Under the pieces are notes generated by a model. The model worked only from the letters and a program-made list of their open reading frames with translations, was not told the origin of the DNA and did not search any database. Positions 41,385 through 54,342 of a stretch of 64,000 nt of DNA are shown here, piece after piece. The first letter of the stretch is position 1. Each line of letters starts with the position of its first letter. A program made the position numbers and the translations under genes. The stretch is from Octopus sinensis (taxonomy: Eukaryota): assembly GCF_006345805.1 (NCBI RefSeq), contig NC_043001.1:27218001-27282000 (forward strand). Direction: 5' to 3'.

Positions 41385-42530
41385 GGAAAATTCGAAAAGA
41401 GTTACCTGTATCATGACAATTCATGCCAGTTATCAAAATTCTGGCATCATGGTTGCTGCTCAATACTCTGTGAACACTGTAAAAGCTGGAAGGTGTATCA
41501 TTGACAGCTGCTATGGAGACTACGAAGCTGTGGCCAGCAGGAAGGGATATAGTAGACAGTTTGTGACTGCATGCAGGAATTCATTCAAAAACTGCATCAC
41601 AAGGGAATCCAGCTTTTGGCTGGAGAGGTGGGTGTTGGAATAACCACCATGAAGCTGGCTCTGAAAGAGGATCTTCACTACTACTTGTATAACAAGTACA
41701 ATAGACAGATTCTGATTGCCAAAGACAAGGAGAACTGCTTGATAAGAGCAATAAAGATCCTAAACAAGCTGAGGCATCCTGGTGAGCTGGAGAAGATCTG
41801 GTTTTTCTCAGATGAAAAGAACCTCTGCCAGATGAAAAGAACCTCTGCCAAGATGAAAAGAACCTCTGCCAAGATGAAAAGAACCTCTGCCAGATGAAAA
41901 GAACCTCTGCCAGATGAAAAGAACCTTTGCCAAGACCTCTGCCAAGATGAAAAGAACCTCTGCCAAGATGAAAAGAACCTCTGCCAGATGAAAAGAACCT
42001 CTGCCAAGATGAAAAGAACCTCTGCCAAGATGAAAAGAACCTCTGCCAGATGAAAAGAACCTCTGCCAAGACCAGTTACACAACATCCATAAAAAGATGT
42101 GTCTCCAGTGAGGGTGATGCCATGCTACTTCACATCTTTGAAAAGGAATCTAAGCTCAATTCAGACTGAAGTCAAACTCTGGTTGAAGAGGGAGGCTACC
42201 GGAAGGCCATGTGTGTGGTAGCAGGATTTATCTCCTTGCCATACACTCTGAAGATTCATGAGTAGTTGTCCAATAATTTCTACATCTTCACCAGCCCCAA
42301 TTCCTGGCCTCTCAATTCCCCATGATTGTAATCCCATGGGTTACTATATGTGGGATGCAGTTGAGAAAGCTACCAGCCACTCTGCCTGCAACACCAAGTC
42401 TGAGCTGGTAGCCAAGATCAAGGAGGTGTTCAAAGATCTTCACAGGGACATAGTAAGGAATGCATACACCAGGTTCTGTAGCTGTGAGGCTGTGATAAAA
42501 GTTGAGGCTGGCTATTTTAAGTTAATTACT
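41385..42530 (+). mobile_element. Decayed Tc1/mariner-superfamily transposase, DD37D (maT)-like
   Basis: IWFFSDEKN, SSEGDAM, QD, and SPNSWPLNSP-DCNPMGYYMWDAVE motifs, broken by frameshifts. Confidence 0.75.
41811..42069 (+). repeat. Minisatellite: 12 full and 1 partial copy of GATGAAAAGAACCTCTGCCA(A) (20/21 bp)
   Basis: Counted directly; no spacers between units. Confidence 0.95.
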
Positions 42531-42849
42531 ATCACCCAGCCATAATGTAGTTGATGTTTTTAGAGTTTTTAAAATACTTGTATTTTTGGATGAGATATCG
42601 TATCTTTTACCTTTGATGCAAACTGTCAAATTTAGCCCAAACACCTTGTACTTTCTGGTGTTCAGTTTTACATCACTGCATTCTGAGTTCAAATTTGTTT
42701 TAGACATAACTTTGATTTCCATCACTATGAAATTAATAAAAAGTGATAGATTTATTCAGAGGTGGATTTGACTTTTTACAGCCTTCATCCCTAAAAAAAA
42801 GTATGAATGACAGTAAATTCAAATAATTTTCATATATTTTCTTTTCCAG

Positions 42850-42901
42850 GTAATATCAGTTGTAATAGTGACAAAATGCTTTGTTCAGTATCATCACGAA
42901 A
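42850..42901 (+). CDS. LDLa 2, first half (RNISCNSDKMLCSVSSRK), phase 1-2
   Basis: ttccag/gtaaga sites; 52 nt; in frame with 36348 and 44536. Confidence 0.85.
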
Positions 42902-43149
42902 GTAAGATTGCTTCTGATTTCTATATTTTCATTATTTAAGATTCATAACCTACCAGTTTTTTTTTTATAATATCATTTATAAAGCAGAAGAAAATGAGAG
43001 TGAATTAGGTGAAAAGTTCAACTAATACCTCATATACGATGTTACTTCTCTCACCTGACCATCTTGCCAGCTGGGATGACTAGGTCAAGTACCAAGTACA
43101 TATACTAGATCTTCCCACATGTACTTTAGTATACCAGTTATTTTTGATG

Positions 43150-43530
43150 AATGTTTTGCATTTCTAGGTTTCATCATATTTCTGCAGATGACTCGCTCCC
43201 AGGCACAACAGAATTTGTTGATATTCTGTGGTTCATTAACAAAACTGTTGCAAATCCTCTTCTAACTTACTACTCCCCTCAATTTTGAGTAATGAAAACT
43301 TAAGGGTATTCATGAACCTCCCTGCTAATCCATTGGATCGAGGATGATATGAAGGAGTCCTTACATGATTGATACCATTTTTCTTACAAAATGTGAATTC
43401 CAGAGAAGTGAATTGTGGGCTGTTATTTGATACTAAGACATCTGGTAACCCAAATCTTGGAAAACTTGATGTAGCTTTTGTATTGTGTAGGAAGTTCCAA
43501 AACCGAAACTTGGTTCCAAAACAACACACT
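43150..43530 (-). mobile_element. Ty3/Gypsy integrase core fragment
   Basis: FGLPDVLVSNNSPQFTSLEF...NGINHVRTPSYHPRSNGLAGRF. Confidence 0.85.
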
Positions 43531-44535
43531 TAAAGTTCACCTACCAAATTCACCACCTTCATTCCTTTCAGCAATAAGATTTGGTTTTGTCCTACATTTC
43601 TTACTTTTGCAAATTAATAAACTATTTGTTATTACCTCTCACTAAATACGCTCCTATGCAAGCTCCCTCAGCATCCTGCATATGGATGCCAATCACATCC
43701 ATCATAGACACACGTGCGTGTATTATTTAAAGAAACAGAAACTGCAAATGCATCAGTAGAGACATGATGACTCAGTCTCCTTCAACTATACCAGGACATA
43801 ATCCTTACACATATCACTAAAAGGGGAAAATGTCATCTCATGTAACACCTTTCTGTATTCATGTATGACACATCACTAAAAATCTCAGTCATTACAAATT
43901 ATTAATCTATAATGTTAACAAAACTGTATCTCAAAGACTGGGATACTCATCTGAAGCAACAAAATACCTCCACTGTGAAAGGGTTTTGACTCATAACAAA
44001 GCTCAGATGTAACTTACAGCAGAATATTGTTCACTGATTTGGGACATTGTTGCTGCTACACTCTCAACATCTTAGGCTGCATCCAATGAAAAAGATCACC
44101 TGCTAATTAGTAAAAATTAACCACCACCACCACCATTACGCTATAATCACAGGTAATAGAGAGTGGTTTCCTCTCTTCCTTTATTTACTTCGACCACTGA
44201 TACAGCTACTTATCCTCAGAAATCAAGCTGAGTACCATTCTTAACAAATCCTTATATATGCACCTGCCTCTTTTTCATTCATTGTATCTACTGTATTTAA
44301 CACCTCTCAAACTATTCACTAAAATGCAGTTCTTCACAATTTCCTATCTGCATACAGTTTTAATACTAGCACCAATAGTACAACTTATACAAATACATTA
44401 TTTACATCACCATTCTTGGAGGACCTGAAAATTCACAAGTGCTGTAAATTCAGAATTCCTTTCACTAAATACAAAAGAAAATGTGCATTGTTAAAGTTAA
44501 TTTCTAATATATACATGTAAAAAATATTATAATAG

Positions 44536-44606
44536 ATGCATCCCAATTTCTTGGAAATGTGATGGAGAAGCTGACTGCCCTGATTCAGAAGATGAAAAAA
44601 ATTGTG
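44536..44606 (+). CDS. LDLa 2, second half ([23 protein letters not shown])
   Basis: aatag/gtaagt sites; 71 nt; LDLa motif. Confidence 0.95.
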
Positions 44607-45391
44607 GTAAGTGCATTCATATAAAATTTAAAGTGACATTTATTGTAGAAAAATATGATCAGAGAAAATTTATCATAATTACAGGCATCATGAAAGAAAT
44701 TGATTTCAGTTATATAACAAGTGGATGCATCAACAAAAGCATTTAGTATTGTGGCAGAGAATAGCAGAAACATTTGGGAGCTAAACAAATGGTTTTAGAA
44801 ATGTACTTTTACATTCTAGGGGTCACTTTTGAAGTTTATAAAAAATACGTTTTTCATATATTCAAGGGACATTTTTATTCTATCACTAAATAAATAAACC
44901 CAAATAAATTAAAATTATGTGCTACGGAAATGCTAATTACCATATTGGTCTAAATTTGTGTTCCTGAGATGGTATACATATGATTGTAGATCTTGGGTCA
45001 GCAACTCACATATTTTGGTTTTATTTCAATGATTTTTTATTCACTTTTGGTGATTTAGTTTCAAAATAATCAGTTTGTCTATGAGCTTCCAAAGAATCAT
45101 CACTTAAAATCGTTACTTGTTACAGTATTAACAGGTTATATTGAGGTATTTTCATTAAATATAACTTTCCTTTGTTGATCTTATTTCTTCTTTTCTCATT
45201 TTCTTATAATTTGAAACTATTAGTCAAATTGTTGCTGGTCAAAATAAAAATGAAAGCTTATCCATTCCATTGGAGTCACAAGAACCAAATACCTCCTTTA
45301 TTTGTATCATTTATGCCAAAAGTTTAAGGTGTAGAACCATGTCATTTTAGTTTCAGTTCCACTTTGTGGGACTAAGGATGCACATCTCTTG

Positions 45392-46410
45392 TACAAGGGG
45401 TGTTCATTAAAGATTTCCTCCGACCCACTTCTGTTTATAGCAGGAAATGGAACTTGTACAGAAATAATCATACATGTCTCTACATGTCACATTGTAATTT
45501 GCAGCTTTGCACTAGTATTCGCTGGTCTTTTACGGCTGCTGAAGTGGACTGAGGTGTTATAATGGAGGCAGTTGAATGCAGATCAGTGATCAGGTTCTTA
45601 TAATTGAAAGATTGTACACCAAAAGAAATTTTTGATGAGATGAAAGAAGTATATGGTGATGATGCACCATCATACGATGTAGTCAAGCACTGGCATCACC
45701 AGTTCAAATGTAGTTGGACATCAGTGGAAACTGCTCCCATTCCTAGATGACCACATCCTGCCATTGATGACAACACCATCCATAAAGTGGAAGCTACCAT
45801 TTTAGAGGATCGCTTTATAACTATTCAGCAACCAGCCCAAGAAGTGAAGATATGTGTAGGGTCCATGGAAAAATCATTCACAACCATTTGCACATGTAGA
45901 AGTTGTCTGCTCGATGGATTCCCTGAATGCTCATGTCTTTTCAGAAGCAGGAACAAGTCAATTGCTCCCAGGCTCTTTTGGCAATGTGCCAAGAAAATAT
46001 GAAGGACTTTTTCAGCAGACTTACCACAGAGGATGAAACATGGGTCCATCACTATGATCCTGAGACTAAAGTCCAGTCAAAGCAATGGAAACATGATAAC
46101 TCACCACCTCCAAAGAAGACTCGTGTCCAACCCTCAACAGGCAAGTTAACACTCACAGTCTTTTGGGACCAGTGCAGAGTAATAATGATGGATTTCCTGG
46201 CAAAGGGCACCACAATTAAAAGGGCATATTATGCTTTCCTGCAGCAGAAATTGCAGGATGCCATCAAAGCAAAGTGTGGCATGCTGACCAAAGGAATCCT
46301 CTCCTCCAAAACAACACCCCAGGTCACAATGTTCATGTTGTCCAGATGAAAACACACACCAGCAGCTATGAAATATGTAAAGAACTTAGCGTGTATCCTC
46401 GTGCACTTTT
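45392..46410 (+). mobile_element. 3'-truncated mariner (irritans-like) element
   Basis: Left end TACAAGGGGTGTTCA; TTEDETWVHHYDPETKVQSKQW, TVFWD; stops and frameshifts; no right TIR found. Confidence 0.85.
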
Positions 46411-46564
46411 GGGGTGCACAAAGCAATCACTAGCCGTTGCTTTAATAATCCAGAATTCTACCAGTCAGAAACAACAAGACGCAGACGTAAAAGATATATA
46501 TACTACTTTATTCTCTGATGTTGTAACAGTAACAATAAGTGGTTATCTGATGTCCTTGGTTCTG

Positions 46565-46950
46565 GGCGCGCAAGGCTGAAAGTTAATCGATTGTAATATT
46601 TACAATGTTCAGCCGCTAAAAACAGAACGGGTTAAAGATGGCGTCCGGAACAGGGAAGATGAATGTGGTCGGCAACAATTTGGTGAAAACCTTCGGCCGA
46701 CTGCTATCAAATACGGACAGAGAGAATATACGTGTAGTACCTTCGATAGCCATGTCCCAAGTCGTTGGCTGCTGCTGCTAGCGGTCAAACGTTCTACGAC
46801 CCCCTTGCCTTGGCTAACTACCACGTAGGCAAAAGGGTTGTGCTTCCGGTGGTTCGCGCATGCGCGAGAGGGCCCTTCCTTTCTGTGCCTTGGTGAAGGC
46901 ACTAACACTCGCACGCGCGAAATAGAAAATGGACGGTGCGCGCGCGGATT
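46565..46950. promoter_or_regulatory. CpG-rich promoter-like island with YY1-, ETS- and NRF1-type motifs
   Basis: AAGATGGCG (46635-46643), CTTCCGG (46843-46849), CGCGCATGCGCG (46855-46866); dense CpG in otherwise CpG-poor DNA. Confidence 0.5.
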
Positions 46951-47295
46951 CGCGGTCGTAGGATCGCGGATTCGATTCCCAGACCGGGCGTTGTGAGTGT
47001 TTATTGAGCGAAAACACCTAAAAGCTCCACGAGGCTCCGGCAGGGATGGTGGTGATCCCTGCTGTACTCTTTCACCACAACTTTCTCTCACTCTTACTTC
47101 CTGTTTCTGTTGTACCTGTATTTCAAAGGGCCGGCCTTGTCACTCTCTGTGTCACGCTGAATATCCCCGAGAACTACGTTAAGGGTGCATGTGTCTGTGG
47201 AGTGCTCAGCCACTTACACGTTAATTTCACGAGCAGGCTGTTCCGTTGATTCGGATCAACCGGAACCCTCGTCGTTGTAACCGACGGAGTGCTTC
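46945..47295 (+). mobile_element. 5'-truncated tRNA-derived SINE
   Basis: B-box GATTCGATTCC; homologous to 25790-26098. Confidence 0.8.
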
Positions 47296-48886
47296 AAGAA
47301 TATCCTGTGAGTGAATTTGGTAGATGGAAACTGTGTAGAACCCCTTGCATGTGTGTGTGTGCCTTTGTGTTTGTGTTTCTCCATCCCTAGCTGGCAGTTT
47401 AGCAAAAGAGACCAGACTTAGAATAAGTACAGAGGAAACAAACGAAAAAAAAAACTTCAAAATCTATTTCTAAATGAAATATACCAGAGCTTCAAAATAC
47501 TTATCTGATTATTATCAAATAATAATTGTTTCTAACATAAGTATATAATCAGAATTTTTCTTTTCAAAGAGAGATGGGGTGATACACAGTTGATTGCCTT
47601 GACCCCAGTTCTTTATTTCATTAACCAAGAAAAATCGAAGTCGATCTTGGGGTGATTTGAACTTAGAAATTCATAACATTTTGTCCAATCTGCTAATGAT
47701 TTTGCCTCTCTACTTGCAAGACTGACCCATCCATTCAACACAACATGTTACAAAAGGGATTACAAGAAATTTAGTGATATACACACTTAGATCAAAATGA
47801 GGGGTGAGGTAAAACGTCCTATTAATACATATTAAAAACATTATGACTATCAGATAAATTAAAAACACAAAATATACAAATGCATGTCATCATCTATATC
47901 ATCATCATTGTGTCCTCTTTCCTCTTATATTCTGGGTCAGGAGAAATATTTTGAGACGGATTTTCTAAAACCAGATGCTCTTTATAGTTGCCACTCCTTA
48001 ACTGTTTCCAAGCAAGGTCTTAGTCCTTCTTGGCAAACATGTTTTCATGGCAGATTGAAAATGATGGCCACTGCTTATATGATGATGACACTCATTTATC
48101 AATACATCTATAACATGATGCCAAGACAAGGAGCCACAAACACCACCCTCCACACACACACACACACACACATTCACACACACACACATTCACTCACACA
48201 TACATATTCACTCACACACACACATATTTATACATATAATAGTTGTTTCAGTTTCCATTTTCAAAATCCATTCACAAGGCATTGGTTAACCCTGGGCCAT
48301 AATAAAAGATACTAATTTAGGGTGCCACACAGTGGAACTGAATCCAAAACCACATGGTTAGTAAGTAAATTTTGCAACCGCTCAGCCATACCAACATATA
48401 AATGAATATAAGTATAAGAAGGGCAATCCTCCCACATGTGAGTGAAAAGCCAATGGAATTAATAGATAAACAGAAAAATCCCTTTTGGCCATTTATCTAT
48501 GTCGTTTTATGTTCTGAGTTCTAATTTCACTGGGATCAAATTTATCTTCTCTTATCTGAGGTCTATAAAATCAGTACAGACAAAACACTGGGCTAGGTTA
48601 ATTTATACCATTCCCTAAATGATGGGGTTCTCTGGTTATATTGAAAATCAATATTTTCCTTAATTAGTACATCAAAGTATCAGACTGAGTGGTTCACAAC
48701 ATTCGGTTTATAGCCCTGTATTCTGATTTCAAATCTGTTTCAAATTGACTTCGATTTTTCTCACTTTGAGATTGCCAAAATGTGACAGACATATTCTGAG
48801 ATAGATTGAATCCACTTTTTTTTCCCCTCCTAAATGAGGCTAATTTTCAAAAAATTAATTTTACATGCATACAACTTCTTTTCCAG

Positions 48887-48938
48887 AGCTAGAAGTGAGT
48901 TGTGCTTCTAATTCAATGATGTGTCCAAGCAGAAAGAT
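48887..48938 (+). CDS. LDLa 3, first half (ELEVSCASNSMMCPSRKI)
   Basis: ttccag/gtaaga sites; 52 nt; flanking intron resembles that of LDLa 2. Confidence 0.85.
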
Positions 48939-49978
48939 GTAAGATTGCTTCTCATTTCTATATTTTTAATTTTCATAATCATTTAAAGATCTTTTTTCAT
49001 ATCTTTTAAGACGTTGAAGAAAATGTGAGTGTATTAGGCAAATATTTATGATTGTTTAGTAAATATCAATTAAAATACTCTTTCTTTCATTTTACCCATT
49101 GCTGTTCATCTCTTGTTTCCATAGCATGATTCTGTTATATTTGATACATATGGCTTTAGGTTTGTTCCCATTAACTAACGTCAACTTTCTAGAATGAATT
49201 AAGTATACTGGAGTTATTTTGAATTATTTTTTCCCCTACACATATCTTTCTAGCTCCCTTTTTTACCTCTTTCTATCTCTTTATATAAATAGTATTCCAT
49301 AAGTAATCAGTGATCACTCATTCTTGTCCTTAGAATTACTCATATCAATATTTTTCTTTTAACTGAAGGTCAAAGAGTTATGCTATGTTATATACAACAG
49401 TAATTCATCAATGGAATTCCCTCCGATAGTATTTATTTATAGATAGGAAGCCACATTACACAAAGATTACAGTTAGACCCCTAAGTTTGTTGGGGTGAGG
49501 GCTAGGCAACTATCTACTATGCCAGTGCATTAAAATGGCACTGTGTCTAAGATGTATAATTGGATTACAACATAAATATACACAACCTCTCAACACACTC
49601 ACAAAACACACACAGGTTCATATGTAGATGATGTCCACAGTAATTACAATAATAGCTTCTGCTTTCCTGAAAATAAGCTGTGTATCCTTCCAACCCGTCT
49701 TACCTATGCACTCATCTCTTTTCCTCTCATAATCTCTACTGTATTTACTTTCCTACAAACCACCCAATAATCACTTTGATCAATCCTTCTCACTCTAAAC
49801 GTTGTCCTTTAAAATTCCCTTTATCCCTATAATTTTCTTATTGATATTATTTTATAGTTCAACTAATACAGCTTTAACCTCACCATTTTGAGAGAAGCTG
49901 GAAAATCATGGGTTTTTCCTCTCAATATTTCACTGTTTAAAAAACAATTTTTTGTCTACTGTTTAAGTTTATTTCTAA

Positions 49979-50083
<105 letters not shown>

Positions 50084-51129
50084 TGACTAGACTCTCATAT
50101 AATTCAAAGTAATATTTGTAGTAGAAACGTTTGATATCAGAAAAACTATCATAATTATAGAGATTAGGAGATTAGGAGAGAAATTATCTATGATAGTCTG
50201 AGAAGTTGAAGATTTGACATGTTGGTGATGTATCTGTTACTAGGACAGTTGATAGTTGAAATCTTAGAAAGTCAGACATTACCTTAGTTACATCTTTTTA
50301 TTACTGAGAATCAACTTTGCTTTTGTAACTTTGAGGTGGGTAAAGTATGTATTTCCTGTACTTACGAAATACTAAATGAACGATTCTAAATAAAGTAAAG
50401 TTTATATATTATGGCAGTGCTAATTGTCATATTTGTCTAAAAGCATTTCCACTGCCTACAATGTCACATCAAAAATGACATTATGGCTGTGATAATAGAA
50501 ACTGGAGCTCTTCAAATGGTATATACATGATTGTAGAACTTGGGTCTACACACTTATTAATAAGCAACACACTTATTTTCGTTTCAGTGATTTTGACTCC
50601 CTTTTGTAGATTCAGTTTCAAAATAGTTGTCTTTGAGCTTCCAAGGAATTACCACTTAAAATTGCTGCTTCTTACAGTATTAACAGATTATATTGAGATA
50701 CTTTCATTAGATATAACATCCTCAATTGATTTCATTTCTTCTTTTCTCATCATCATCATCATTATCATCGTTTAACGTCCGTTTTCCATGCTAGCATGGG
50801 TTGGACGGTTCAACTGGGGTCTGGGAAGCCAGAAGGCTGCGCCAGGCCCAGTCTGATCTGAGAGTGTTTCTACAGCTGGATGCCCTTCCTAACACCAACA
50901 TTTTCTTATTATTTGATGCTATTACTTGAGTTGTTATTGGTCAAAATGAAAATGAAAGTTTATTCCATTGAAGTCACATGAACCATTACCTTCTTTGATT
51001 GTCTCATTTATACCAAAATTTTAAATATATACTTCAGAACTAATTTCCACAAAAAAAAGTTACGGAAATTATAAACTTTAACAAGAGCAACAATGAGAGA
51101 AAGAGAGAGGAAGCAGAGCTGGAGGAGAA

Positions 51130-51955
51130 CAACAACAACAAGAGGTGTTGCCAAAGCTCAAATGGCTTTAAAGGTCAGTTATTGACCAATGAAGCCATAT
51201 TTGAAAACTGTTGAAGAAAAAGGAAGGAATTGGAAATGGCATAAATTGCTCACTGGAAGGCTTTTAACAGTATTCCCTTCACATGGATCCTGAAAACATG
51301 GACCATGAGTAAGGTAGCATCAGTAACAATAGAATATATAAAACCTGCCATGAGTAAATAGCAAACAGTTCTGCGACTAGAGATAAAAGAGGGAATTGTA
51401 AAACTAGATCCATCCCTATTAGAAGAGGAAATTTCCAAGGAGAGTCGTTCTCTCCACATTTTTCTGGCTTAACATTGTTAGCTTTAACTGACATGCTAAA
51501 CAGAACTGAATGTGAATACAACTGCTGCGGTAAAACAATCAACCATTTCTTACTTATCGACGATCTCAAGTCTTATGCTGCAAATGATAAGCAACTGACA
51601 ACACCATTACAGACAGAGATTTACCAAAGTAATGAATATGAGACTCAGCTTTAAAAAAATTTAACAAAACAGCCTTGAAGAGAGGAAAACTAATTAGGAT
51701 CAATAATATCATATTTGATAACAAAACCGAAATTAGAGAACTACACCAAATCCAGATATACAAATACTTAAGAATCAATAAACTATACAAAGTACAAGCT
51801 CAAATGAAAGAACATTTATGGAAGGAGTATTTTTGAATTAAAGTAATGCTTAAAATTGAGCTAAATGCAAAAAGGTAACAGGCATCAATGTTCTAGCTGT
51901 CTCAGGTATATGTCATGGTTATAATATTCATAACTGGACACTAAATGAACTAGCA
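51130..51955 (+). mobile_element. Degenerate R4/Dong-type LINE RT fragment
   Basis: KAFNSIPFTWILKT; IRRGNFQGESFSP; INHFLLIDDLKSYA (RT motifs). Confidence 0.7.
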
Positions 51956-52084
51956 AGAAGAAGAAGAAGAAGAAGAAGAAGAAGAAGAAGAAGAAGAAGA
52001 AGAAGAAGAAGAAGAAGAAGAAGAAGAAGAAGAAGAAGAAGAAGAAGAAGAAGAAGAAGAAGAAGAAGAAGAAGAAGAAGAAGA
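51955..52084 (+). repeat. (AAG)n microsatellite, ~43 units
   Basis: Seen directly. Confidence 0.95.
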
Positions 52085-52368
52085 ATGTATAATAATTGAG
52101 ATGATTTTAATTCAATGCAAGTGGCTTTACTTGAATTTGTAAATATAATTATAACAAGCTTGTCACAATCCTGTAACTATGTAAAATAAATTATTCTGTA
52201 TTATTTGTATGCATGTGTACATGTGTGCATGCATGGATGATTGGTGTAACATTCGATGTATGGAAGCAGTACTCTAATGATGTGCGGTCATTGTATGCCT
52301 GAAGGATTTAGTCAAATGACTGAAGCAAGTAAATGATACAAGTTAAAAGATTTGTTTGACTATTTCAG

Positions 52369-52538
52369 ATATAGTTACAACTACAAAAGCTACCGTTACA
52401 ACTACAAAAGCTACAGTTACAACTACACAAGCTCCAGTTACAACAACTCTTTCCCTGGACTGTCCAGATAATGAAATGTATTGTGCAGCCACAAACCCTG
52501 ACTTTAAAAACCAGTCTCTCAGATACCCTTATTTTTAG
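52369..52538 (+). pseudogene. Truncated duplicate of the LDLa 4 first-half exon: acceptor intact, donor lost at 52496, reads through to TAG (…MYCAATN-PDFKNQSLRYPYF*)
   Basis: 52353-52496 matches 56015-56158 at 143/144 nt, then switches to inverted sequence. Confidence 0.9.
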
Positions 52539-52933
52539 TTGTAAAAAATTATTACCTTTGTACGGTATTTTTCCCATGCTGGCCACTTGATAATATCGAT
52601 ATTCAAATATTGATATTATCCTTATTTATGACTTTATATATATATATAAATCATCATCATCATCATGTCTGAATACACAAGCTATCAATCATTAGCAATA
52701 GAATGAAAATGTGAAACAATTCAAGCATACTTTATTAGTCATAATTACATATCATTAAAGCTTGACCAGAACTGGGAGAAAAGTTTTCTATCATTTGTAA
52801 GTTACCTTCCCAAATAATACATAATAATTGATTTTACAGTTACAGAATTGTGACAACCTTGTTATAATCATATTTATAAATTCAAATATAGCAACTTGCA
52901 TTGAATTAAAATCATTTCAATTATTATACATAC

Positions 52934-53004
52934 CACAATCTTTCTCATCTTCACCATCAGAACAGTCATTTTCTCCATCACATTTCCAACTCAGTGAAAT
53001 GCAG
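52934..53004 (-). pseudogene. Antisense LDLa second-half exon ([23 protein letters not shown]) inside the inverted insert
   Basis: On the minus strand: aacag acceptor, 71-nt open frame, gtatgt donor. Confidence 0.9.
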
Positions 53005-53335
53005 CTGTTATAATGAAATTTTGTTCATATAGAAATCAACTCAAGCAATACTTATGTGTGTATTTTAATTTATGGCTTTTGAGAAGAAAATATTTTTTGT
53101 CTAGGTGATGAAAGAAAATATTTATTCTAGTATGTGATCAAGAGCAAAATTCATTGCATGAGAAGCCAGACACACTTTCACATATAGGTAAGAGAAAGAT
53201 GTGTTCACCTTTCATAAAATTATAACCAGATTTGCTTTTCCTTCCCCTAGTTTATAACGTACTTTAGAAACATATTCATTGCTTATGAATATTAAGATGG
53301 TTAATAGGATGAGAAAGAAAAATGAGTTATCTTAC

Positions 53336-53444
53336 GTGTTTGTGTATGTACAATACATTTCATTAACTTGACAGTCCAGGGAAAGAGATGTTGTAACTGG
53401 AGCTTGTGTAGTTGTAACTAGAGCTCGTGTAGTTGTAACTATAT
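53336..53444 (-). pseudogene. Antisense Thr-rich LDLa first-half exon (IVTTTRALVTTTQAPVTTSLSLDCQVNEMYCTYTNT) inside the inverted insert
   Basis: On the minus strand: tttcag acceptor, 109-nt open frame, gtaaga donor; paralog of 62005-62113. Confidence 0.9.
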
Positions 53445-54306
53445 CTGAAATAGTAAAACAAATCTTTTAACTTTTTATCATTCACTTGCTTCAGTCATTT
53501 GATTAAATCCTTCAAGCAGTGACCCAGTCATGGTGGCATGATATTTGAAGGGCTTAGTCAAATAAATTGGCTCCGGTTCTTATTTTTAAGATCTCATACT
53601 ATTTCTATCAGTTGATTGTGCTGTGCCACTAAATTCCAGGGACATTAACAAACCAACACTGGTTATCAAATGTCAGTGGAGAGGGAATCACAAACACAAA
53701 TTCACATAAACACACATATTATAACGCAATGAGCTTCTACCCACCAAGCAAATCCACTCACAAGGCACTAGTTGGGTTAGGGCTATTGTGGAAGACACTT
53801 GCTCAATGTGTCCTGTAATGGGACTGAACCTAAACCATGTGATAGACATGAAATTGAAAAATGAAAAGAAAAATATTTGTAAACATCACAATATCATTGG
53901 CTTTTGAGAATTGATTGGTTACTTAAAAACTGATACTTATTTTTGCTTGTACTGTGTCAGGTTTCTTTCTTACTGTAAATTATTTCATTAATCAGGAATC
54001 AGTAATCAGCAACATGAAAGTGAGAGTTGCAATTGATCATCATTTTCATTTTAAAGTCCATTTTTTTCTCTTTTGCATGGATCAGACAAGATTCTTAGAG
54101 AGAGATTTTTCCATAGCTTAATGCCCTTCCTGTTGTTAACCCTCACCTTTTTCCAAGCAAGTTTTTAAACTCCTAGTTTGTTAAACAATGAACAGCCCAG
54201 ATATGATTTTGTGACTGACTGCAAGCATGAGACATCACCTGTGATGTTTGCAGTTGGTGAGGATGATGAGAGAAAGAAACTCACTGAGACAAACACATAC
54301 ATGCAA

Positions 54307-54342
<36 letters not shown>

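Noticed and set aside
41811-42069. CRISPR-like array of ~21-bp repeats
   Set aside because: No spacers and a eukaryotic context; it is a minisatellite inside a transposase.
52934-53444. An independent antisense gene
   Set aside because: Only two exons, no start, promoter or further exons on the minus strand; fully explained by the inverted insertion.
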